Shown here: positions 56,526-64,000 of the stretch, piece after piece
How positions within the stretch are numbered: position 1 is the first letter of the stretch
Layout: the number at the start of each line of letters is the position of its first letter
Position numbers and translations under genes: made by a program
Assembly (NCBI GenBank): GCA_041690595.1
Contig: JAWLHB010000001.1
Coordinates: 186,001 to 250,000, forward strand
From: Lentisphaeria bacterium
GTDB lineage: Bacteria > Verrucomicrobiota > Lentisphaeria > JABSQK01 > JAWLHB01
Length of the DNA stretch: 64,000 nt
Direction: 5' to 3'
The notes under the pieces: model-generated
Seen by the model: the letters and a program-made list of their open reading frames with translations, nothing else
Database searches by the model: none
Told to the model about the DNA's origin: nothing

Positions 56526-57314
56526 TCAGTCAAGAATGCGGCGGACCCCATCGGCCACGCCCCAGGAATATTCCAGTTCACTCACAAAACCGCCTTCCCG
56601 CAGCACCTGTTCCTTGACGACCGCGGCGGCATTGGCGGGGCAGACCAGCCAACCTGCCAGCTCGCGTGTGAGCATATGCAGGTCATTGATGCCGTCCCCG
56701 GCCACAATCGTCTGTGCCGGCGTCACCCGCAGGCGCGCCTGCATGGCGCGCAGTCCTTCAGCCTTGTTCATGTGGCGCGGCAACAGCGCCACCCGCTCCG
56801 CTGGGGCGCCACCGAAAGTGTAGTAGAGGCCGGTATCGATCAGCGGGGCGAGCAGCCGCCACATCTCATCGGCACATCCCGTCCTGCTGCTGAGTTCGAT
56901 CATCGCTTGAGGCTCCACCTGATCATAGGAAAGACGCGTGACGATATCCTCGTTCAGGAGAGTGGCCAGAACCTGGCGCACCATTGGCCACGATTCCTCC
57001 CGGAAGGCCTGATCGCGCGCCTGCATCTCCACGGCATAGCTGGGATCGTCCATCAGGACACCATTCAGGATGGTGCCGATGGCGCGGCCGCTTTCGCCGC
57101 AGAGCATGGCCGGGGTCGAGCGCAGATTACTGTTACGAATCATCTCCCACTGACCCGCCAGTCCCCATGTCGTGTTGGTCGTCCACGCGATTCCGCGTTG
57201 ATCCAGTTCGTCCAGCAGCGTGACGAACTCCGGCGGCAGGCAGGCGTATGGCTCGTGCCCGCCGAGGGCGGTACCATCCAGATCCAGTACCAGGAGGGCT
57301 GGTCTAATCGACAT
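56526..57314 (-). CDS. HAD-superfamily hydrolase (class IIB-like)
   Basis: DLDGT, NKAEG, AGDGIND..ML, PANA. Confidence 0.88.
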   Translation of the reverse strand: MSIRPALLVLDLDGTALGGHEPYACLPPEFVTLLDELDQRGIAWTTNTTWGLAGQWEMIRNSNLRSTPAMLCGESGRAIGTILNGVLMDDPSYAVEMQARDQAFREESWPMVRQVLATLLNEDIVTRLSYDQVEPQAMIELSSRTGCADEMWRLLAPLIDTGLYYTFGGAPAERVALLPRHMNKAEGLRAMQARLRVTPAQTIVAGDGINDLHMLTRELAGWLVCPANAAAVVKEQVLREGGFVSELEYSWGVADGVRRILD

Positions 57315-57480
57315 GTGGCAAACTCCAAACTGTTGATAGTCGACCATAGCACGGTTGCTTCATGCTGCAAGGCTGTTGATTGGGGAAGAAAGAATGAAGT
57401 CGGCTTTTGTTCATGCCAGGCAGGCGTTATATTCGGCTTCTCTCTACGCCGGATGCTTGCAAAAAATGGTGTCAAGGATC

Positions 57481-58536
57481 ATGATGAACGACCTTTTCGC
57501 GGTGCGCTATCAGCACATCTTCGTGCGCAAACGCTATCCGTTGCGAATCAGCCGGGGCGTGATCACCGGGAAGACCAATCTCTTCGTGGAAGTGGACTCC
57601 GACGGAATCACCGGCTTGGGCGAGATGTGTCCTGGCAACCTCACGGGTGCCGAGACCGCCGAGGCCGGCCAACTCGACGTGCAGCGTCTGCTGGACTCCG
57701 ACCTGGCCGGCCTCTCCATTCACGAGATCTGGGAGCGGGGTCAGGAGCTTCAGATCGCACCTTGCGCCCTCGCCGCGCTGGACATGGCGCTGTGGGATTG
57801 GCTGGCAAAGCGTGCCGGAATGCCGCTCTACCGCCTTTTGGGCCTCGGGCTGCCGCGGGTTCCCACCAGCATCACCATCGGGATCAATCCCCCGGAGGTG
57901 ATTGCCGAACGAGTTCCGGAGATGCTGGCCGACACTGGCGCTCTCAGCCTCAAGGTGAAGCTGGGCGCCCCTGATGGAATTTCGGCGGATCAGGCGGCCT
58001 ATCTCGCGGCCCGTGCCGCGGCCAAGCCGCGGGGAGTGCGCCTGCGGGTCGACGCCAATGGCGGTTGGAACGTGAACGATGCCAGAATTATGCTCAGATG
58101 GCTCGCCGACCGTGATTGCGATTACGTCGAGCAGCCCCTGTGCGTCGAGGATGATGACCGGCTCGCCGAACTCTACCACGACCGCCCCCTCCCAATCTAC
58201 GTCGATGAATCCTGCTGCACCAAAGCGGATATTCCGCGCTGGGCTCACATGGTCGATGGCTGCAATCTGAAGCTGATGAAGTGCGGTGGTATCACCGAGG
58301 CGTTACGCATTGTCGCGACTGCTCGCGCCCATGGTCTGGGCACCATGATCGGGTGCAATGGCGAAAGCTCCGTCTCCATAGCGGCCGGAGCAGCGCTCGG
58401 CTCGCTCTTTGATCATATCGATCTCGATTCTCATCTTAACCTCGATCCGGATCCGGCGGACGGTGTTCCCTTGCGGGATGGCATCGTCATGCCCATGGAC
58501 CGCATCGGCCACGGAGGCAGGCTCCTTTCATGCTGA
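57481..58536 (+). CDS. Enolase-superfamily dipeptide epimerase / N-acyl-amino-acid racemase (AEE/DgcA-like)
   Basis: LKVKLG, VDANGGW, VEQP, VDES, NLKLMKCGG, DLD. Confidence 0.9.
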   Translation: MMNDLFAVRYQHIFVRKRYPLRISRGVITGKTNLFVEVDSDGITGLGEMCPGNLTGAETAEAGQLDVQRLLDSDLAGLSIHEIWERGQELQIAPCALAALDMALWDWLAKRAGMPLYRLLGLGLPRVPTSITIGINPPEVIAERVPEMLADTGALSLKVKLGAPDGISADQAAYLAARAAAKPRGVRLRVDANGGWNVNDARIMLRWLADRDCDYVEQPLCVEDDDRLAELYHDRPLPIYVDESCCTKADIPRWAHMVDGCNLKLMKCGGITEALRIVATARAHGLGTMIGCNGESSVSIAAGAALGSLFDHIDLDSHLNLDPDPADGVPLRDGIVMPMDRIGHGGRLLSC

Positions 58537-59558
58537 AAAGCTCACAATCTCTGGCTATCTACCTATCCGGCCACCTGCTGGGCACACAGGCCAAAATGGG
58601 GTATGGCGTCTTGCGCTATTCGCAGAACCCGATCGCCTGCGCGATCGACCCGGAATATGCCGGGCGAGCCCTACGCGATGTCTTGCCGTGGGTGCGGCAG
58701 GATTGCCCGGTCGTCGCCGATGTGGCCTCCGCCAGGGCACTCGGCGCCGAGGTGCTGGTTTTGGGACTCGCGCCACTTGGCGGCCGCCTGCCGGTGGCCT
58801 GGATGCCTGACATTGAGGCCGCGCTCCAGGCCGGCATGTGCGTCATCAATGGCCTCCATGAGCGGGTGGGACCATGGTCTTCCAAGCTCGCCCCAGGCCA
58901 ATGGATCTGGGATATTCGCCAGGAACCGGCGGGTCTGCTCAATGCTACCGGCGCCGCCATGAAACTCGACAACCGACGGGTCCTCATGATCGGTACCGAC
59001 ATGGCCGTCGGCAAGATGACCGCCGGCCTCGAACTGCACGCGGCTGCCCTTCGCCGGGGGCTCGATGCCACCTTTGTCGCCACTGGCCAGATCGGCATCA
59101 CGATCACCGGAAGGGGCGTTCCTCTCGACGCCATCCGGCTGGATTTCGCGTCCGGGGCTATCGAGCGGGAAGTGCTTGCAGCCCGAGGCGAAGTCTGCTT
59201 TGTAGAGGGCCAGGGATCGCTCATTCATCCTTCCAGCAGCGCGACTCTGCCACTGCTGCGCGGGAGTTGTCCAACGCACATGGTACTTTGTCACCGCGCC
59301 GGCATGCAGACGCTCAAGGATGCCACCTGGGTACGGATTCCGCCCTTGCGCGATGTCATCGCCCTGTACGAGGCACTGGCCAGCACCTGCGGCACCTTCC
59401 CGGCAGCCAAAGTCGTCGGGGTCGTCCTCAACACCGGCCATCTGGATGCCGGTGCGGCGCGCGCCGCCGTCGATGCTTGCGCCGACGATCTGAGCCTCCC
59501 TGCCACGGATGTCGTACGCTTTGGCGCCGACAATGTCCTCGATGGCTGTCTCGCCTGA
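58530..59558 (+). CDS. DUF1611 domain protein (DgcN-like)
   Basis: GLAPLGG.LP..W, NGLH, GTDMAVGKMT, ATGQIG, VEGQGSLIHP, DVVRFG. Confidence 0.9.
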   Translation: MLKSSQSLAIYLSGHLLGTQAKMGYGVLRYSQNPIACAIDPEYAGRALRDVLPWVRQDCPVVADVASARALGAEVLVLGLAPLGGRLPVAWMPDIEAALQAGMCVINGLHERVGPWSSKLAPGQWIWDIRQEPAGLLNATGAAMKLDNRRVLMIGTDMAVGKMTAGLELHAAALRRGLDATFVATGQIGITITGRGVPLDAIRLDFASGAIEREVLAARGEVCFVEGQGSLIHPSSSATLPLLRGSCPTHMVLCHRAGMQTLKDATWVRIPPLRDVIALYEALASTCGTFPAAKVVGVVLNTGHLDAGAARAAVDACADDLSLPATDVVRFGADNVLDGCLA

Positions 59559-59562
59559 TCAC

Positions 59563-62409
59563 TCAGTCGCTGCCTTTGGAAGGCCCCTCTCCGGCATTGT
59601 CGAGAAAGTGCGTGATGAGCTGCACCAGATCATTGAACTTGATCGGTTTCTGCAGGCACCGCACATCGTGCCGATTGAGCAGTGACTGCTGCTCCTGATG
59701 CAGCGCGTATCCCGTCATGAAGACAAACGCCACCCGCGGATCCCGCTGGCGGACCGCTTGGTAGAACTCCTCTCCCCCCATGATCGGCATGGTAAGATCC
59801 GTGATGATGAGATCGATCTCCTTTCGCAGCCGCTCGAAGACCGCGAGCCCCTCTCGCCCATTGCTGGCTGATAGTACCTGCAGTCCAGCTTCCTCGAGCA
59901 TCGACTCCAGCACCTGGCGCACTGGCTCCTCATCCTCCACCAGCAGTACCGTCAACCTTTCGTTGCTGAAAGTCCGCTCGCGGAAATCTTCCGTTGTTTC
60001 CACCGCATCCGGTCCGCCGGCCAGCACCGGCAGGTAGAGCGTAAACGTGGTGCCTTCTCCAGGGTTGCTCTTCACGTCGACGTAGCCATTGTGTTTGCGA
60101 ATCAGCCCGTATACCTGCGCCAGGCCAAGCCCCGTGCCCGCATGCCGTTCCTTGGTTGTATAGAACGGCTCGAAGATGTGCGGCAGCACCTCCGCCGAGA
60201 TGCCTGTCCCCGTGTCGCTCACGTCCAGCACAAACCAGCCTCCCGGCGCCAGGTCAGGGTAGGGCGCCGGTTGCCCCGGCTCAAGATTCAGGCAGTCCGC
60301 CGTCAGTTGCAGCGTGCCCCCATTCGGCATCGCGTGTGCCGCATTGACCGAGAGGTTCATGAGCGCGTGTTCGATCTGGTTCGCATCGCCGTGTATCCAG
60401 CACGCATCCACCTTGGCCACGTACTGAATCGATATCGTCTCAGGTATCGTGCGGCGCAACAGACGAACGGTCTGCTTCAGGTAGCCGGTCATCTCCACCG
60501 GTGTCATCTCCGAGACGGATTTGCGCCCGAAGTCGAGGATCTGCTGCACCAGTTGCGCTGCCTTGCGCCCCTGATCGCCCACCATCTTCAGCCGGCTGCT
60601 GGTATACTCGTTCAGGTTGCCCCGCATCAGCAGGAGGTCCGAGATGCCAATTATGGCCGTCAGCGAGTTGTTGAAGTCATGGGCAATTCCCGCCGCAAGC
60701 TCGCCGACCGCCGCCAGGCGCTCCTGCTGCCCTACATGACGCTGGACTTTCCGTTCCCGAGTCACATCCTCCAGTATCACGATCCAGCCGTTCGTTCCCA
60801 AGGCGATCTCGCCATGCGTGGCGAGCAGCATCAACTCCTGCCCATCATCGACTCTGATATCGCGCCGCACCGCCTCATCTGGAGCAGCTCGCAGCACGTC
60901 CTTCAGCGAAAGCCCCGTGCGTGTCTCGAAATACTCCGTCATGGGGCTCCCCTCGGGGGGACGGAGAATCGCCGTGGCGGCCGGATTGCTCATCAGCAGC
61001 CGGTACTGGTCGTCAAGCACCAGCAATCCCAGCGGCAGATTGCTCATGATGCTTTCCAGCCGCCGCTGTTCCGCCTGGACCGTGCGGTGGCGCCGCTCCA
61101 GGTAGAAGCTGGCATGGGCCGTCAGCGCTCGCAAGGCATTGGTCTGCTGCGCTGACGGTGAGGCCCCCTCCAACCCGAGGAGTATGCAGTCCTGCGCGGA
61201 CACGCTGTCCGTTCGCAGTGGTATTCGCAGCCAGTGATTGACTGTCGGCGAGGTTGGCGCCTCCTCCAGTACCTCCCAGTTTTCCCGGCAAGACTCTGTC
61301 CAGGCCAACTCCGGTAAAAGCTCGCTCTTCAACTGCTCCCTGAATCGTGGATCCGCCGCCCCGATCGTGCGCACGTGCAGCAGTGGATAATCGCACCGCG
61401 TGGAGAAGATCGCCACCACCTCACAAGGCACCACCGAGCGCGTATGATGCAGGATGGCGGCGCTCATGTCCAGCAGCGACGTTGCCGCGCCAAGCTCCCT
61501 GTCCAGGTCGATCAGCGCCTGCAGTTGAAAGGTGCGGGCCGCAACCTGCTGCTCCAGTGTCCGGTTAAGGGTCACCAGCGCATCCTCCGCCGACTTGCGG
61601 GCCGTGGCGTCGATGATCAGTACCCCGATCTCCAGCGCGCCGGCCGCATAGGCATGCACGTCGAACCACCTGTCCTGCCGCGGAAAGTGGCAACTGAAGT
61701 CCGTTGAGCCGCCGGATTCGGCCAACTGGTGCAAGTGTGGGCGCCATGGCGGAGTGTGCGGCGTCCTGCTGCTCCAGTCGCTTACATGCATCCCGGTAAG
61801 CGCTCCATCGGCCGCACCAGTCAGCTGGTAAAAGACATCGTTCGCCATCACGAATTCGAAGTCCAGCATCCGCGCATTTTCGTCGCAGATCACTCGGAGG
61901 AGGCAGAAGCCTTCTGCCATGAAACGAAAGAGATTCTCCAACCGTCGCTCCGACACCTGCAGATGGGCGTGCGTATGCTCCGCCACATCCGTCATGAAGC
62001 GGTTCTGCTGCAGAAGCTGGTCCACGCGCAGTTTGCGCGCCGTCAGCATCTCCAGCCATGCCATCAGCTCCTCGGTGTCCCCGCCCGAATCCAGCACACA
62101 GTCCGCCCCAGACCGCAGCAGCAGTGTCCGGTCCGCGGCACCCGACGTTTTCTCCAGAACCACCAGCACGGGCGCGCTGCTCGCCGAGTGCTGGCGCGTA
62201 ATGCCGCTCAACGCCTCACTTACCGTTGTTCCCTCCGCCGCATGGATGAGCAGGCATTCGCAACCCGGGTCGTGTAGGTGCCGGTGCACCACGGCCGACG
62301 TTAAATCATCGCTACTCATCTGCCGTGTAACGCCTTCAGCAACACATTCAGCAAATCGGCACTGTTGCTCACAGACAGAACAGACAAGGTGTGGTCGCGG
62401 ACGACCCAT
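59563..62409 (-). CDS. Cytoplasmic hybrid histidine kinase (degenerate REC, PAS, GAF, PAS, HisKA/HATPase, REC)
   Basis: LAAGIAHDFNN, NLSVNA, DTGTG, FEPFYTTK, GTGLGL; C-terminal VEDE...TD..MP...KP. RBS GAGGG before ATG 62409. Confidence 0.93.
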   Translation of the reverse strand: MGRPRPHLVCSVCEQQCRFAECVAEGVTRQMSSDDLTSAVVHRHLHDPGCECLLIHAAEGTTVSEALSGITRQHSASSAPVLVVLEKTSGAADRTLLLRSGADCVLDSGGDTEELMAWLEMLTARKLRVDQLLQQNRFMTDVAEHTHAHLQVSERRLENLFRFMAEGFCLLRVICDENARMLDFEFVMANDVFYQLTGAADGALTGMHVSDWSSRTPHTPPWRPHLHQLAESGGSTDFSCHFPRQDRWFDVHAYAAGALEIGVLIIDATARKSAEDALVTLNRTLEQQVAARTFQLQALIDLDRELGAATSLLDMSAAILHHTRSVVPCEVVAIFSTRCDYPLLHVRTIGAADPRFREQLKSELLPELAWTESCRENWEVLEEAPTSPTVNHWLRIPLRTDSVSAQDCILLGLEGASPSAQQTNALRALTAHASFYLERRHRTVQAEQRRLESIMSNLPLGLLVLDDQYRLLMSNPAATAILRPPEGSPMTEYFETRTGLSLKDVLRAAPDEAVRRDIRVDDGQELMLLATHGEIALGTNGWIVILEDVTRERKVQRHVGQQERLAAVGELAAGIAHDFNNSLTAIIGISDLLLMRGNLNEYTSSRLKMVGDQGRKAAQLVQQILDFGRKSVSEMTPVEMTGYLKQTVRLLRRTIPETISIQYVAKVDACWIHGDANQIEHALMNLSVNAAHAMPNGGTLQLTADCLNLEPGQPAPYPDLAPGGWFVLDVSDTGTGISAEVLPHIFEPFYTTKERHAGTGLGLAQVYGLIRKHNGYVDVKSNPGEGTTFTLYLPVLAGGPDAVETTEDFRERTFSNERLTVLLVEDEEPVRQVLESMLEEAGLQVLSASNGREGLAVFERLRKEIDLIITDLTMPIMGGEEFYQAVRQRDPRVAFVFMTGYALHQEQQSLLNRHDVRCLQKPIKFNDLVQLITHFLDNAGEGPSKGSD

Positions 62410-62541
62410 GGCAAGACCCTCGACATGAATTCAGAAGTGGCTACGCCGTAATGTAGTCTAACTTGCAATTAAACAACAGCAGGATCAGCCGCAACTTCAT
62501 GTCATTGTCTGCCAGGCGAAACCTAAAGCCACGGTGACCGA

Positions 62542-63657
62542 CTACCATGAACGTGAATCGGGCACGGGCAGCCACGCACCGTCAAGACGGATCGAATCCT
62601 GGCTCACCAGCCCCGGAAGCGTCATATCCATCGCCTCATGAATCCCGATGCTCGGCGCTCGTCGCCCAAGGCAGGCATCCAGGAAGTCCATGATCTCGAA
62701 ATAATCGCCCCCGCCATGACCGGCTTTGGCGGCCGACTCGGACGCCTGGCGCCAGTAGTCGGGTAGAAACTCATCTTCCAGATCTGCCAGGTTCAGCCAC
62801 GTATGCGCATCCGGGCAGCGCGATCGCAGCCAGATGCGATTGTTTTCCTTCCCGCCCCGCGTTGACTCGTAGCACCCGTCCGTCCCCTGAAGCGTATGAT
62901 TGTGCATGGCGTGCGGACGATCCGACAGCATGTCCACCCTGATCTTGACCAGTCCGCCGCCCGCCATCTTGCCGAGCATCACGCACGTGTCTTCCTGTTC
63001 GTACGGGTTCCCGCGAGGATCCCGGTAATGATGCCCGCTGCCGACGCACGCGACCTCTGACACCCGGTCCCCGCGCATCCACTGCAGCAGCGGCCCCAGG
63101 CTGTGTGTGCCATAGGTGATGCCGTTGATGCCGGTTTGCCACTTGCGTCGCCAGGTCGTGATTTCGTTCAGCCCTTTGAGCTCATGCAGGTACTCTCCTT
63201 CTCCAAAGTATGGTGTACCGAAGAGACCGCGATCCGCTATCTCGCGCACCGTCGTGGATGCCCGCGTGTAAACATAATTCTCGGCCATCATGTAGATCGC
63301 CCGTGATGCTTTCGTGGCCGCCACAACGGCCTTCGCCTCATCGATGGATACCGTCGCGGGAACTTCGCACAGTACGTGCAACCCGTTCTCCAACGCCTGT
63401 ATGGTCTGCCTTGCGTGAATGTGCATCGGTGTACCGATGATGACAGCATCCAGCTCCGACTTCGCCAGCATCGTCTCAAAGTCCGTGTACTTCTCTGCCG
63501 CGCCCAGTCGCTCCGCGGCAGCGTCGATGTGCTCCGCGTTGATGTCGCAGACCGCATGAAGGCGGATCACTTCGCTCGCATCGCAGGCGGCTTTGAAGGA
63601 TGCACCGCGCCCGCAGGCACCCACGATGCCCAGATTCAGCTGCTCGTTCAGCTTCAT
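62542..63657 (-). CDS. Gfo/Idh/MocA oxidoreductase (GH109-like subtype)
   Basis: CEVPA, YMMAENY, GEGEYLH, YGTHSLGP, GHGGGDY. Confidence 0.88.
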   Translation of the reverse strand: MKLNEQLNLGIVGACGRGASFKAACDASEVIRLHAVCDINAEHIDAAAERLGAAEKYTDFETMLAKSELDAVIIGTPMHIHARQTIQALENGLHVLCEVPATVSIDEAKAVVAATKASRAIYMMAENYVYTRASTTVREIADRGLFGTPYFGEGEYLHELKGLNEITTWRRKWQTGINGITYGTHSLGPLLQWMRGDRVSEVACVGSGHHYRDPRGNPYEQEDTCVMLGKMAGGGLVKIRVDMLSDRPHAMHNHTLQGTDGCYESTRGGKENNRIWLRSRCPDAHTWLNLADLEDEFLPDYWRQASESAAKAGHGGGDYFEIMDFLDACLGRRAPSIGIHEAMDMTLPGLVSQDSIRLDGAWLPVPDSRSW

Positions 63658-63669
63658 GAACCACGCTCC

Positions 63670-63870
63670 TTAACGCTTGAGGCGGTTTGCGGCATACAGG
63701 AAGAGGATGCCGATCATGATGTCGATGGCTCCAACTGCCGCGATCAGGATTCGCAGGATCATTGGAGGCGTGGCTTCCAGCAGCCCCAGGAGTACTCCCG
63801 AGAGCATGATCACCAGGCCGCCAATCACCATAATGCGGCCTATGCCACTGAATTTGCGAGGATCAGCCAT
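63670..63870 (-). CDS. Small two-TM membrane protein, 66 aa
   Basis: Two hydrophobic helices; AGGTG upstream of the ATG; 12 nt before the Gfo gene. Confidence 0.6.
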   Translation of the reverse strand: MADPRKFSGIGRIMVIGGLVIMLSGVLLGLLEATPPMILRILIAAVGAIDIMIGILFLYAANRLKR

Positions 63871-64000
63871 AAGCCGGCACCTGTCGTTCGAGATGTTGTA
63901 GCTGCAATGAAGCCCAAATATACAGGCCCACCAATCCAGATAAAACCGGTGGAAACGATTTGATCGGCTATATTCCGGCGAACTGGTTCGATCCGCAATC

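Noticed and set aside
1..64000. CRISPR arrays, tRNA/rRNA, IS elements, integrases, reverse transcriptases, phage or defence genes
   Set aside because: None recognised; nearly all the sequence is accounted for by metabolic, envelope and regulatory genes. Reading by eye could miss short RNAs.

Overview
GC-rich bacterial chromosomal window with about 45 protein genes. I found no rRNA, tRNA, CRISPR array, integrase or transposase. The DUF1559-type prepilin, several sulfatases and many Gfo/Idh/MocA and URO-D-like genes suggest the PVC superphylum, most likely Lentisphaerota (inference). Layout: (1) 35-15880, a minus-strand LacI-headed glycan locus with a PHP metallohydrolase, a GH38-like protein, a pilin-like protein, two heparinase II/III-like paralogs, sulfatases and a divergent argininosuccinate-lyase-fold gene. 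(2) 16.1-27.4 kb, alpha-mannosidase/CPBP/2x URO-D/SDR divergent from 2x Gfo/sulfatase/EamA. (3) htpG. (4) 31.6-42.3 kb, a polyprenol-linked glycosylation cluster followed by DUF58 and BatA/vWA genes with no MoxR. (5) A 1103-aa secreted GH-like protein, a Cph1/Rcp1-type two-component set, aroC, PhyH/AraC, a Gfo plus TIM-barrel sugar cluster, an epimerase-DUF1611 pair and a hybrid kinase. The most striking observation is in locus 1. Three genes (two sulfatases, one lyase paralog) have lost about 345-440 codons from the middle, in frame, while keeping RBS, start, both termini and stop. One still overlaps the start of the last gene (ATGA). A fourth, frameshifted remnant lies among them. Function calls come from motif recognition only; no database searches were run.
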